A stretch of 64,000 nucleotides of DNA from a virus: the IMG/VR virus record IMGVR_UViG_3300025881_000006, positions 15,324 through 79,323 of that record. One strand, written 5' to 3'. Positions within the stretch are counted from its first letter, which is position 1, and the number at the start of each line of letters is the position of its first letter. The notes under the pieces are model-generated. The model was not told the DNA's origin. It searched no databases and saw only the letters and a list, made by a program, of their open reading frames with translations. The translations under genes were made by a program, and so were the position numbers. Of this stretch, positions 29,919-40,345 are shown piece by piece.

Positions 29919-30302
29919 ATGCCAAGTGCAAGCAAAGCGTTACACCATAAGAAGCGTTGGGGAAACGCATATGTGATATTCGATGATAACGAGTTCAGTA
30001 TTATCCATGGTGACTATCTAGAAGATAATGGAGATGTAGCAGCCGAAGGGGTGTTAGGTATCCGTTGGAATGGTAGTGGTTCAGACCCAGGTTATCCTAA
30101 ACTATTCAATAATGCAGTATGGATGGTATTACCTAAATGGTTATCTGAGCTTATCATCAATCAAATGGAAGCACCTATTAACGATAGAGTATCCAAACAA
30201 AGTCACAAGGCGATGTGGTTAAAACGATTAGGGTCTATTACAGGCAATGACACCTTTCTAAGATACCCTGCTAATAGTTTAGAATTAGAACCAGCAGAGT
30301 AA
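29919..30302 (+). CDS. Hypothetical protein with LGIRWNG...GYP...W..LP motif
   Basis: Likely start is ATG 29919 after AAGGAG. Confidence 0.7.
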   Translation: MPSASKALHHKKRWGNAYVIFDDNEFSIIHGDYLEDNGDVAAEGVLGIRWNGSGSDPGYPKLFNNAVWMVLPKWLSELIINQMEAPINDRVSKQSHKAMWLKRLGSITGNDTFLRYPANSLELEPAE

Positions 30303-30337
30303 ACGACATAGTCAGAGGAGCAGTAGCTCCTCTTTTT
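30303..30337 (+). terminator. Rho-independent terminator
   Basis: agaggagc-agta-gctcctct followed by T-run. ACGACATA upstream is a motif variant on -. Confidence 0.65.
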
Positions 30338-30362
30338 ATACCTCTCCATCAAGGAAATAAAC

Positions 30363-30962
30363 ATGAAATATCATTATAGTTACCAACAGACAGTGGTTAT
30401 TAACGAAACCATTAACCGTATGTACAGTACTGCACGTGGTGTAATGTCGTCTACCCAATCCGTTATGCTCAGTATACTGACTAAGTTATCACCCTCTATT
30501 ACCTTAATCCCTAAACAGATTGAAGAAGGTAGATTAATGCATGACATTGGTGAAGACTTTGAACTACCAAAAGGCATGACTATCACTTCATCATTAGATA
30601 GCATCTTATTAACTCAAAAGAATCCCTATGTCATCATGGGCTATCTCAAGGGTGAGAAACGTTTAGTAGGGTATATAGACATTGATACTGGTGACCTTGA
30701 ATCTGAAGAGTTAAAAGTTATCTTGACTAAACTACATGCAAGGCAGTTATATGCTGCTACGCTTACTGCCCAGCTATTACCTTTAATAGAAGATACTGAC
30801 ATGAGTCATTTAAACGGCCACGGTCACTTTATGCCTAACACTATTGAGATAGATGGTGAGGTGATTAAAACTATCTGTTCATTATCTGACACTTACAGTA
30901 AACTCATTGCCGATAGCGAAGTAGATGAAACCATTAAACAGTTCATCGCAGAAGAGCCATAG
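30363..30962 (+). CDS. Hypothetical protein
   Basis: 199-aa ORF with AAGGA SD. Confidence 0.8.
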   Translation: MKYHYSYQQTVVINETINRMYSTARGVMSSTQSVMLSILTKLSPSITLIPKQIEEGRLMHDIGEDFELPKGMTITSSLDSILLTQKNPYVIMGYLKGEKRLVGYIDIDTGDLESEELKVILTKLHARQLYAATLTAQLLPLIEDTDMSHLNGHGHFMPNTIEIDGEVIKTICSLSDTYSKLIADSEVDETIKQFIAEEP

Positions 30963-30968
30963 ATAATA

Positions 30969-30999
30969 GGGGTAGTGTAAGTACTACCCTTCTTTTTTT
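30969..30999 (+). terminator. Rho-independent terminator
   Basis: gggtagt...actaccc, then ttc and T7. Confidence 0.65.
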
Positions 31000-31029
31000 G
31001 TTTGTTAGAGTTTTTCTACAGGAAATATA

Positions 31030-31569
31030 ATGCACCAATTTACAAAAGTGAATGCTTTGACTATCTTAAAAAACACTATGGTTCTGTCTGAAAAGGCAGA
31101 AGATGATATCCTTAAGCTCAAAGGTAAAATACACAACTTACTATTTAAAGATCATCCCAGCACGTTTAATGAAACCTTGCAAGCATCGAGACCGGCGGCG
31201 GTAGATGAAAAAACTGATATGGTTAATTTCATATGGTACATTACCAAAGGCTACGAGGATGCATATTACATTACTCTACCAACAGTGGAGTCTAATGACC
31301 CTATCGTAACCGCCATAATACCTTTTACTACTAGCTGCAACTCTTCTGGTATTATATCGGGAAGTAGACCGGCTACGCACGATAAAGCTTGTGAGATAAT
31401 GGATCGGATATCGGTTATGGAAATATTGTTGGGCAGACTGCAAATAACGTTAAAACAAATAGGTCTAATTAGACTACTGGGACATGACCATTTATTTCCA
31501 GATATAGTAACCTTTACGTCTGACCAATTAATAACCCTACTAGATGTAGAGCAGGGTTTATCTAAGTAG
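31030..31569 (+). CDS. Hypothetical protein
   Basis: 179-aa ORF with AGGA SD. Confidence 0.75.
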   Translation: MHQFTKVNALTILKNTMVLSEKAEDDILKLKGKIHNLLFKDHPSTFNETLQASRPAAVDEKTDMVNFIWYITKGYEDAYYITLPTVESNDPIVTAIIPFTTSCNSSGIISGSRPATHDKACEIMDRISVMEILLGRLQITLKQIGLIRLLGHDHLFPDIVTFTSDQLITLLDVEQGLSK

Positions 31570-31656
31570 AAAACTCCGTATGTAGACGTGTAGGCAATTA
31601 GTCTACACGCTCATTCTATGCTTATTCTTTTTTTCTTATCACCCAAGGAGGATACC

Positions 31657-34600
31657 ATGTTATTGTACAAAGACATGTATCGAAAATATGGGATTAATAC
31701 ATTAGCCCAGCTGGTGAATCCACGTACCTTTCCTTTAGACAGTTTAGTGCTGCCTAGAGAGAGTATCGTACATTACCTACCAGTCGATACAGTTGACATT
31801 GGTATCGAACCGAGACACCCCTTATTATTAAATTACTCTGATGATATTCTCGTAACACACGTAGAAGAGTTATCAAGTGAACTAGGTCGCCCTCGTGAAT
31901 TATCAGGTGAAGTCAGACGCGGTATAAAAACATATCACAGACGCTATCGCAACCTACGGTTAATACGTCGTATGGAAACAGCGCTTCGTGACCCTAACAA
32001 CTTAATAGTGGATAACTACGCTTTATTAACATCAAGTTATCGCTACAGTCGTAATGCATTAACAAGTTATTATCAACACCGTAACCTGTACGATACATTA
32101 TGGTCTCAGATTGAAACGTTAACCAAACAGTCCGATCGTGAACACTTTATCCCTGTTACTATCCCCACTACTATTCCTGCAATGGGTGAATTTGCACGTG
32201 CTGTGAATAAGATTAAAGACGAATCTATTCCTAAGGCACTGTTAGAGTTATTCGTAACTAGTGCTGATTTGTTTATGCTGGATTTATGGTTATTTGTAAA
32301 TGACGATAATGAAGCTAGTGGTGTAAGTCGCTTATCTGGTGATATGATTGAAAAGCTTAGACGTACTAATTTAGTCTTTATTGAATCAGGTCGTTTTTGT
32401 ATATTATCATTCAATCAAATCATGCAGTGGCAAGAAGAAGGTACCAGTGAGCTACAGGCTAAGTTGCGTAAACTGTTCTTGCACATGTTTGAATTACGTA
32501 CTCAAAACAATGCTGTCTTAGTAGAAGGTGTTGAACCTGAAGAAGAAAGTGAGTTAATTGAACCGGTTACTATTATCCCTGCGGATGAACGTACAGATGC
32601 TATTAATAGACAAACAGCAGAACTAGCAGAAGTCGGATTACTATCATCAGCAGAACAACGCCGGATGATTACTGCTTCTACTAAGTATAAGTCTATCCCT
32701 AATCCACAAGGTGAAGGTACGTTAGAAGACTTACTTAAGATTGACAAAGAGGTTATTGAAAGTGTAGGTAAAGGTAATATTGCCAATATCAATACCGTAC
32801 CTGACAAATCGATGTTAGGTTCTACCTTATTAGACTTTGACAAGAAGTATGTCAAAGAAGTCATGTCTAAAGATATTGCTGGTATGGTTATGTCTCTACA
32901 GGCAGCCGGTGTAGCAGTAACCGATTATAAAGTAGAAAGACAAGTTGATGTGGCGAATAAGTACGATGCTTACACTATCAAATTAGTACCCGTTCGTGGT
33001 GTACCGTCTACTATACGTTTTCGTTTACCAGTGGTGGAAGCTAATGGTACGTTTGTTGCAAATGGTGTTAAATGCCGAATGAACAAACAGCGTGGCGATT
33101 TGGTAATTAGAAAGACGGCTGCGGATAGAGTAGCGTTGACTACTTACTACGGTAAAACGTTTATCACTCGTTCACCTAAAGCAGTGAATAACTACGGTGG
33201 TTGGTTGGTTAAGCAGATTACTGCAATGGGTATCGATAATAAAGATGATAGAATATCTACTATTAACTTTACTAACGTCCATGATAAAACCAAAGACGTG
33301 CCTAGACTATACAGTACTATGGCAATGGCTATTCGTCAGTTCACTACTCCTACCTATCATTTTTACTTTGATTATAATGGTCGTAGTAAGTTCTTTGGCG
33401 AAGAGCAGGTTGCTATTGTAGAATCTAAAGGTTCTGTAGTAGTGGGCAAACAAGGTAAGTTTCTAATCACGGTTGATAAAGAAGACGTACTTTACTTGCA
33501 CAAAGGTGAAGAGATAACACCATTGGGTGAAATGCATGAGCTGCTAAATATAGAAGCTAATCGTATCCCTGTGGATGTAGCGGATATCAAGGTGTACTCT
33601 AAACAGATATCACTTGGTTTGGTCTTAGCACATGAGGTAGGTTTATCTAAACTTATCAAAATGTTAAAGGCTGATGTAAGACAAGTCCCTCGTGGTACCC
33701 GTTTGAATCTTAATGATGATGAGTATGCAATTGTCTTTGCTGACCAGACGCTGATTGTTTCACGTCGTGATAAAGTCGCTAGTATGTTACTAGGTGGGTT
33801 AAACGTATACCGTAATAGTATCCGTAATCATAACCTGCACACGTTTGATTCTCAAGATGTGTATTTTAACATATTAAGTGATGCGGGACTATCTGTTCGT
33901 TTCGTACAAGAGATATCGTTGATGTACTTGATGTTCATTGACCCTATTTCGAAAGAGATATTGGAAACAATGAAAGAACCCACTGAGATGGTTAAGTTAA
34001 CCCTACGGTGTGTTGAGTTGTTAACAACTGATGAGTATCCTGATGAAACTGATATGCGACACATGCGTATTAAAGGCTACGAGCGTTTCTCTGGTATTAT
34101 CTATCGTCAGTTAATAGATAGTCTACGTCAGTATCGTCATCGCCCAGTGATGTCCAAGGCGTCAGTGGATGTTAACCCTAAAGCTATATGGTTAGATGTT
34201 ATATCAGACCAGTCTCTTAAGATTGTGGAAGATTCAAACCCTATTCACAATTTGAAAGAAAAAGAGTTAGTAACCTTTACGGGTCAAGGTGGCCGAAGTG
34301 CACAGACGATGGTTAAATCATCTCGTGTATTCCATCCAACCGATTTAGGAGTCATCTCTGAATCAACACCTGACTCTGCTAAGGTAGGTATTAATACATT
34401 CCTAACAGCCAACCCTAAACTCACTAGTTTACGAGGTACGGCCGATACGTACGTTAAAGGTCAAGACGGTAATGCGTCAGTGGTATCTACTACTACGTTA
34501 ATATCACCAGCAGCAGATAGAGATGATACTAAAAGAACCAACTTAACATCTGTACAATACTCAGCAGCTATTGCATGTAAAGGTTATGTCACCACACCAG

Positions 34601-35652
34601 TTCGTACTGGATATGAGCAAGTCATCGCTCACCGTGTGGATAAGAACTTTGCATACGCAGCAGAGCAGGATGGTAAGATAACTAAGATTGATGATGATGT
34701 CGTCGAGGTGACTTATGCAGATGGTTCGGTAGTAGCATTAGAGATAGGTGATATTTACGGGACAGTAGCTGGTGAAACAGTGAAGCATCGTTTAGTATCT
34801 GATGTCTCTATAAACGCTAAGGTAAAGCAGTCTGATATTATCGTGTATAACTCTGGTTTCTTTGAAAGAGACTTCTTTAATCCTACACAGGTAAGTTGGA
34901 AAGGTGGGGTAATGGGTAAGGTAGCGTTGTTAGAATCCTCTGATACATTAGAAGATTCATGTGCTATCTCATCAAACCTATCAGGTGAACTATCCTCACC
35001 CTCAACTCAGATACGTCCTATCTTAATTGACTTTGATCAAGGGATTCATAATGTTGTTAAAGTAGGGGATGAGGTCACGACTGACTCTATTTTATGTACA
35101 CTTGAAGATGGCGTCTCTGAACAGACCCAACTATTTGACGAGGAAACTCTTCTATCACTTCAAGCATTAGCGGCTAACAATCCTAAGGCGAAGTTTAAAG
35201 GCGTCGTAGAAAGAATAGAGGTAATTTATAATGGTGATAAGTCTGACATGTCTGCTTCGTTGCAGAAGTTGGCTAATGCGTCGGATAGACGACTGGCCGC
35301 TCGTAGCAAGCGTCTAGGCCAAGATGAAGCTACTCATGGTCGTATTACTGAGGCAACTCACATTAGTGGGAAGCTAATTGAACATGAGAAAGCATTGATA
35401 CGCATTTACGTATCGACTGAGAAAGGTGCGTACGGTGGGGATAAAGTTGTATTCTCTAACGCATTGAAATCGGTAATAGGTAGAGTCATGTCAGGTGTGA
35501 ATCAATCGGAAAGCGGTGAGGACATTGATGCTATATTTGCATACAGTTCTATAGCTAACCGTATCGTTCTATCTCCTGAGATTATCGGTACCACTAACAC
35601 ATTACTACGCGTGATAAGTAGAGAAGCACTTAAACGTTATCGCGAAGTTTAA
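31657..35652 (+). CDS. rpoB: Virion RNA polymerase beta subunit, large N-terminal fragment (phiKZ gp178-like)
   Basis: Likely start is ATG 31657 after AAGGAGG. Beta motifs GTFVANG, NPIHNLKE, TFTGQGGRS, ESTPDSAKVG, RTGYE, EDSCAIS and GDKVV. Confidence 0.92.
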   Translation: MLLYKDMYRKYGINTLAQLVNPRTFPLDSLVLPRESIVHYLPVDTVDIGIEPRHPLLLNYSDDILVTHVEELSSELGRPRELSGEVRRGIKTYHRRYRNLRLIRRMETALRDPNNLIVDNYALLTSSYRYSRNALTSYYQHRNLYDTLWSQIETLTKQSDREHFIPVTIPTTIPAMGEFARAVNKIKDESIPKALLELFVTSADLFMLDLWLFVNDDNEASGVSRLSGDMIEKLRRTNLVFIESGRFCILSFNQIMQWQEEGTSELQAKLRKLFLHMFELRTQNNAVLVEGVEPEEESELIEPVTIIPADERTDAINRQTAELAEVGLLSSAEQRRMITASTKYKSIPNPQGEGTLEDLLKIDKEVIESVGKGNIANINTVPDKSMLGSTLLDFDKKYVKEVMSKDIAGMVMSLQAAGVAVTDYKVERQVDVANKYDAYTIKLVPVRGVPSTIRFRLPVVEANGTFVANGVKCRMNKQRGDLVIRKTAADRVALTTYYGKTFITRSPKAVNNYGGWLVKQITAMGIDNKDDRISTINFTNVHDKTKDVPRLYSTMAMAIRQFTTPTYHFYFDYNGRSKFFGEEQVAIVESKGSVVVGKQGKFLITVDKEDVLYLHKGEEITPLGEMHELLNIEANRIPVDVADIKVYSKQISLGLVLAHEVGLSKLIKMLKADVRQVPRGTRLNLNDDEYAIVFADQTLIVSRRDKVASMLLGGLNVYRNSIRNHNLHTFDSQDVYFNILSDAGLSVRFVQEISLMYLMFIDPISKEILETMKEPTEMVKLTLRCVELLTTDEYPDETDMRHMRIKGYERFSGIIYRQLIDSLRQYRHRPVMSKASVDVNPKAIWLDVISDQSLKIVEDSNPIHNLKEKELVTFTGQGGRSAQTMVKSSRVFHPTDLGVISESTPDSAKVGINTFLTANPKLTSLRGTADTYVKGQDGNASVVSTTTLISPAADRDDTKRTNLTSVQYSAAIACKGYVTTPVRTGYEQVIAHRVDKNFAYAAEQDGKITKIDDDVVEVTYADGSVVALEIGDIYGTVAGETVKHRLVSDVSINAKVKQSDIIVYNSGFFERDFFNPTQVSWKGGVMGKVALLESSDTLEDSCAISSNLSGELSSPSTQIRPILIDFDQGIHNVVKVGDEVTTDSILCTLEDGVSEQTQLFDEETLLSLQALAANNPKAKFKGVVERIEVIYNGDKSDMSASLQKLANASDRRLAARSKRLGQDEATHGRITEATHISGKLIEHEKALIRIYVSTEKGAYGGDKVVFSNALKSVIGRVMSGVNQSESGEDIDAIFAYSSIANRIVLSPEIIGTTNTLLRVISREALKRYREV

Positions 35653-35679
35653 CCAATTGTATTTTAGGTAAGGTTACTT

Positions 35680-35877
35680 ATGAAACATAAAGAAGATTTA
35701 GGCCCACACAATGCTAAGATAATGGCTAACGCTGTTCAATTAGCATCAAACGTTTTACACGAAGTGGCGGGTAATGACATCGCTGATAGCGTTGCTGGTG
35801 AGTCGTTAGAAAGTATGTTGGCTGACACCATGACAGCTAAAATCAATTCAAAACTTAGTGCCAAGGGAGGTGCGTAA
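35680..35877 (+). CDS. Small conserved protein, probably virion-associated
   Basis: 65 aa, coupled to the next gene. Synteny as in SPN3US-like phages. Confidence 0.65.
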   Translation: MKHKEDLGPHNAKIMANAVQLASNVLHEVAGNDIADSVAGESLESMLADTMTAKINSKLSAKGGA

Positions 35878-37313
35878 TGTTAACTAAACGTACCGTATCG
35901 GCCATAGGCCAAGCTGTGTTAAATCACACACAATCAAACGTCTGCCTTAATGCTAAAGAAGGTACACCTTTACGTGACCTTGTTACTGTTATGGGCGGGA
36001 TTGATAATTCTGCATTAAAAGGAGCCGTTCTTTCTAGTCATGACCACGATGTATTAATTGCTAACTCGTTACACCCAGCCCCTGATGGTGAAGTGCAACA
36101 TGATACCATGATGCGTCAAGCGGTTTCATTGGCAAGTGACTCAGTTCGTACTATGCTAACTGTAGCACGTACTATGGTATTACCTACGGTTAAAACCATG
36201 TATGCTCAAGTAGACCGTAACATTGCTGATATCGTAGGTACGCCTAATCGTCATGCAGTGCTTTCTGTTTACTTAGAAGACGTTTATAACTCACCTACAA
36301 TGGCAGGTTTAATTGAACGTTTCTCTGAAGCGCCTGTAGAAATTCCAATGCCTAGCTCTGGCATGTATCCTGAAATGGATGGCTTAGAGTTAGAAGAAAG
36401 AATGGTAACGGGTATTGCTCGTTTTGATGGCTATCTTAAAACAGTGTTAGATGATGTTGAGCCTGACCTACCTCTAACTATTTACAACTCAGTATTTAGA
36501 GCGTCAGGTGTTGACCTTTACTCTGGTCTGTTTAATGCAAGTCTAGCTAGACGTAAGCGCTTCGTTGCTCTTATTACTCAGTTAGTTGCTAAGAGCTTTT
36601 TAGAAAAGCCACCTGAAACAACGAATAGTTCACTGTCTGACTTTAATGATAACTGTGCTACCTTTTTACAACAAAGTGGCCGTACCCTTTATCGCATGGT
36701 TAAAGAACGTGAACGCTTCAATGCGGAAAATCGTTTAATCACATTCTTCCCACAGCCGGGTAGTACTAATCAGGCTATTGAAGTAGTTGGTGAAGTATAC
36801 ACTCGTTGGTTAGAAGAAGGTGGTTCTCCTGAGTTGTTGATGGGTGCTTGTTTATCTGGTAATCGTGAAGTGTCATATCCCGGTTTGTTAGAAGATAAAG
36901 AAAAGTATCTTAAAGTCTATAGTCGTGCTGAACAAATGCACAAGTCTAAGGCAGCAGCTAACCGTACTAGTGCAATGGTTGATGAGACCAGACGCGTTGT
37001 ATCTGAATATATTCGTAGCTTATCAACAGATGATAAAACGATTATTGATCCTAAAGACGTATTACTTAAACGTCTAGGTGAAAGTTTGGGTACCATCACG
37101 TGTGGTCAAAGTACCGATTGTTATTGTTACGTTCGTGAAGTGGTATGTAATGTATTCTACCCTCACACTAACGCTTTAACTATTCTTAAACTGATTGACG
37201 AAGCCATAGAAGAGAATCCTAAACTGTCCGTGCGTGAAGCTGGTACAGTGGCCACAATAGATATTGTTGCTACATGGGTTGCCTCTATGATTGATGTCTC
37301 TCGCTATCGTTAA
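35877..37313 (+). CDS. Virion head protein (phiKZ gp177-like)
   Basis: 478 aa with GGAGG SD and VY.RWLEEGGSPELLMG motif. Lies between RNAP beta-N and the protease. Confidence 0.65.
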   Translation: MLTKRTVSAIGQAVLNHTQSNVCLNAKEGTPLRDLVTVMGGIDNSALKGAVLSSHDHDVLIANSLHPAPDGEVQHDTMMRQAVSLASDSVRTMLTVARTMVLPTVKTMYAQVDRNIADIVGTPNRHAVLSVYLEDVYNSPTMAGLIERFSEAPVEIPMPSSGMYPEMDGLELEERMVTGIARFDGYLKTVLDDVEPDLPLTIYNSVFRASGVDLYSGLFNASLARRKRFVALITQLVAKSFLEKPPETTNSSLSDFNDNCATFLQQSGRTLYRMVKERERFNAENRLITFFPQPGSTNQAIEVVGEVYTRWLEEGGSPELLMGACLSGNREVSYPGLLEDKEKYLKVYSRAEQMHKSKAAANRTSAMVDETRRVVSEYIRSLSTDDKTIIDPKDVLLKRLGESLGTITCGQSTDCYCYVREVVCNVFYPHTNALTILKLIDEAIEENPKLSVREAGTVATIDIVATWVASMIDVSRYR

Positions 37314-37329
37314 CTAAAAGGGGTGTATC

Positions 37330-38052
37330 GTGAATATATCGGGATTAAAACGCAATCCAAAGGCGATACACTCCATATTGGTCCATCGTAATGATGGTAC
37401 GGTTAAGGTAACTGCTCCGTGTAGTGTACATATACCCAAACGGTATACTACTCGCGAGTTGGCCACCGTAGGTAATGAAGTCAGTATTGTTGGTATGTTT
37501 GGAATTGTCACTGGTAATAACTATGGCGTCTGTCGTATTAATGCCATGGTAAATATCAAGCCTACCTCAATCAATACTATTATTATCGACGATACGGAGT
37601 ATTTGGAATTCCAGTTTGAAGCGGGGGATACGTTATTAACTAATGTGAACTTGGTCAAGCGGGATACGTTAGTTTATCGTATTTATGATGAGATAGTAGC
37701 CAAAGGTAACACACCGTGGTATATGAGCTACCAAGATTTAGGGCAGTTATTTGATACAGCCTCATCTTTTGGTGGTGCTAACTTAGGTGCCAACCATGCT
37801 ATCTTGGAAATGATTACAGCCTCACGTGCTAGAAATCCAAACGATAGAACTAAATACTATCGCCACACACTTAACAAAGCTACACAGTTGGATACAACGC
37901 CTCCTGTGATGATTGCATTGAAGAGTGTACAAGATGGTGCTACCAATACCACTGCTAAGTTAATCGGTGCGTATATGGATGAAGGTATTAACTCTGCCTT
38001 AGTCGACCCTTCTGAGCGTAGTGAGAAAATAGAAGAGTTGTTACGCACGTAA
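37330..38052 (+). CDS. Probable virion RNAP beta' C-terminal subunit (phiKZ gp176/SPN3US gp244-like)
   Basis: C-terminus ALKSV..GATNTTAKLIGAY.DEG..SAL...IEELL resembles the beta' C-terminal region. Synteny supports this. Confidence 0.65.
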   Translation: MNISGLKRNPKAIHSILVHRNDGTVKVTAPCSVHIPKRYTTRELATVGNEVSIVGMFGIVTGNNYGVCRINAMVNIKPTSINTIIIDDTEYLEFQFEAGDTLLTNVNLVKRDTLVYRIYDEIVAKGNTPWYMSYQDLGQLFDTASSFGGANLGANHAILEMITASRARNPNDRTKYYRHTLNKATQLDTTPPVMIALKSVQDGATNTTAKLIGAYMDEGINSALVDPSERSEKIEELLRT

Positions 38053-38069
38053 CTAGTTAGGAAATAAAC

Positions 38070-38828
38070 ATGAAAAATCAAGCTACTTTAAGCTGTACTG
38101 CATTAGCCGGTACGAATAAGGTTGGTGCCCTTAAGCCCGACAGTAATGGTTATTACGAAATGGTGTTAGGTGCCTACGATTTCTTTAACTCATCTAAAGC
38201 TATTTATCCATTTACTTCAGCTAAGCATCTTTTCGAAGAAAGCTCTATGTTGATGCGTCGGATTAACAGTGGTCAGTGTCGCAGTGAGTATGGTCATCCT
38301 AAGAAGCAACGTGGGATGACGATGTCGGATTACATACAACGTATTGTTTCTATTGAAGAAACTAACATTTGTGCCCATATTAAGTCGATACGTATCGATA
38401 CTCAATCTGTAATGGATGATAAAGGTAAGCCAGTTACTGCTGTAATTGGTATGGTTAAGCCATCTGGCCCTAGAGGTCCTGCTTTACGTGAATCGTTGGA
38501 TAATCCCGATGAGAACGTAGCCTTCTCTGTACGTTCGTTAACGAATGATACGTTTGAGAATGGTGGCCATCAAAAGCACATGAAGCAATTAATTACTTGG
38601 GATTATGTAAATGAACCCGGTATCTCTATTGCAACTAAGTATAATGCACCTTCGTTAGAAGAGTTGTCTGAAGACTTAGAGATAGTGCCGATGATGTTAG
38701 ACCGTTGGGAAGCGCAAGAGCAAGGTGCTCATGTTGGGATGGAAAGTATCCTAACGTCTAAGATGGTTAGAAGTGATTTTGGTTGGCAGAAAGTTCAATC
38801 AATACTTGTACCCTCTAGTACTTGGTAA
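38070..38828 (+). CDS. Prohead (head maturation) serine protease (phiKZ gp175-like)
   Basis: Catalytic-type motifs EYGHP, FSVRS and TWDYVNEPGI. C-terminal SLE/GME putative autocleavage sites. Confidence 0.88.
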   Translation: MKNQATLSCTALAGTNKVGALKPDSNGYYEMVLGAYDFFNSSKAIYPFTSAKHLFEESSMLMRRINSGQCRSEYGHPKKQRGMTMSDYIQRIVSIEETNICAHIKSIRIDTQSVMDDKGKPVTAVIGMVKPSGPRGPALRESLDNPDENVAFSVRSLTNDTFENGGHQKHMKQLITWDYVNEPGISIATKYNAPSLEELSEDLEIVPMMLDRWEAQEQGAHVGMESILTSKMVRSDFGWQKVQSILVPSSTW

Positions 38829-38877
38829 ACGCATAAACGAGAGTACCTCTTTACATAGAGGTACTCTTCTATGCCGT
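38829..38877 (+). terminator. Hairpin + TATGCCGT element
   Basis: gagagtacctct...agaggtactctt, then cTATGCCGT. ACGCATA upstream. Confidence 0.75.
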
Positions 38878-38888
38878 AATCTAGATTT

Positions 38889-38905
38889 TCACAGACCTAC
38901 ATTAC
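38889..38905 (+). promoter_or_regulatory. Putative early promoter
   Basis: tcacagacctacattac. Confidence 0.65.
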
Positions 38906-38959
38906 CTTTACGGAGTATGGCCTACTATGATTAGTTACTAACCCAAACAAGAGGTAGAT

Positions 38960-39277
38960 ATGTTTAATCCAATTAAACGATTTAACAAGTGGAAGAGATT
39001 TAGATTCCTAAGTAAGCTGAAACCGTTGATAAAAAATACGATGTTTCACGTTAAGCAAGGGGATGTAATTTGGAGCAGAGAAGATATTTACGGTGAGGAC
39101 CACTGGTTAAAATGGAATGTCCACATTGACAGTATGGTGGGGGCAGTGAGCTTTAAAAGAAATGATAGCATTCTAACCATTGGGAATGTCCCCGGTACCA
39201 ATGCGGAACGTTTACGTAGTAATCGCATCATTACTGGTTGTGGTGATGTATTAAGCCTGTACGTTGAGAAAGGATAG
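38960..39277 (+). CDS. Hypothetical protein
   Basis: 105 aa with GAGG SD. Confidence 0.7.
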   Translation: MFNPIKRFNKWKRFRFLSKLKPLIKNTMFHVKQGDVIWSREDIYGEDHWLKWNVHIDSMVGAVSFKRNDSILTIGNVPGTNAERLRSNRIITGCGDVLSLYVEKG

Positions 39278-39284
39278 ATACAAA

Positions 39285-39824
39285 ATGAATACAATACAAG
39301 AAACGTGGGTAGACTACTCTCGGGCAGTCATTAATAAAGAAGCTTCAGCAGAACAGCGGCGTATAATGAAACATGCTTACTACAGTGGTGCTAATAATAC
39401 ATTACAGTTGATGTGGCAATTGGGCGATGCTCGTACTGATGAAGATAAAGCAGTAGAGATACTGGATATCTACAATAAGGAAGTAGAAGAGTTCTTTACT
39501 AACATACACCCAGAAGATTCCAAGCTTAGTGGGTCATCGAAAGAAGGTGTAGTTTACGCAACGTGGTGTGAGTATCTAATACTCAATGGGATGGTTGGAT
39601 TAGACCCAGGGCCTGAACATGATATTAAAGCTTCGTACTATGCCGGTATTCACAGTGTACTTAATTTAAGCATGAATGAATTTGTAGATATGTCACTAGA
39701 TGCAGGTGCAATGATAATACAAGGTTTATCTGAAGAGGTCAGTATGTACTTCAAAGAAGACCATGAGCGTAAACAACCTAAATCAACTAAACCCAAACGT
39801 AAGAAACGTCCTAAGCGACATTAG
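39285..39824 (+). CDS. Hypothetical protein with tandem W..Y...YY[SA]G helical domains and basic tail
   Basis: Likely start is ATG 39285. Internal duplication is visible. Confidence 0.75.
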   Translation: MNTIQETWVDYSRAVINKEASAEQRRIMKHAYYSGANNTLQLMWQLGDARTDEDKAVEILDIYNKEVEEFFTNIHPEDSKLSGSSKEGVVYATWCEYLILNGMVGLDPGPEHDIKASYYAGIHSVLNLSMNEFVDMSLDAGAMIIQGLSEEVSMYFKEDHERKQPKSTKPKRKKRPKRH

Positions 39825-39948
39825 ACCGCAGTGAGCCCCTAGGCGTATATATGTAGTTTATTACACTAGGTTGTTATTTAGATATAAGAAGGGCTTAGAA
39901 TGGCATACTGAGCCCCTGATGGACGTTGTAGATAGATAAGGAAGATGA

Positions 39949-40329
39949 ATGGTTATTATAATAGCAGATACTAGCGCAACTATTACCTGTACTATGGAAA
40001 AGTGCGTTGCAGGTGAAGAGATAACGAGATTGTTAGACGATGATGCAAGTGTGTGTTGGGGTAGATTAGATTCGGTAGAGAATGTTACCGAGCTTACTGA
40101 AGTAATGCAACGAGATATCAACTATGACATGAAAAGGATTGAAGAGGTAAGCGGATTAAAGACTAGTAAGTATCATTACGGTAATGTAGTCTACCTATTC
40201 TTTTTAGCAAAGCCAACTTTAATATCGATGATTACCACGGGTAAGTATGTATTTGATAAAGTCATTCCCGTATCTAATGATAGTAAGGTTAGTATAAAGA
40301 TATCCCTCACTTTTAATTTCAACAATTAA
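39949..40329 (+). CDS. Hypothetical protein
   Basis: 126 aa with AAGGA SD. Confidence 0.6.
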   Translation: MVIIIADTSATITCTMEKCVAGEEITRLLDDDASVCWGRLDSVENVTELTEVMQRDINYDMKRIEEVSGLKTSKYHYGNVVYLFFLAKPTLISMITTGKYVFDKVIPVSNDSKVSIKISLTFNFNN

Positions 40330-40345
40330 GTATTAGGAGATTACA

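Noticed and set aside
39825-39948. TGAGCCCCT direct repeat with an intervening GGGCTTA that could pair with either copy
   Set aside because: Too short to distinguish from chance, and no supporting ORF or terminator context.
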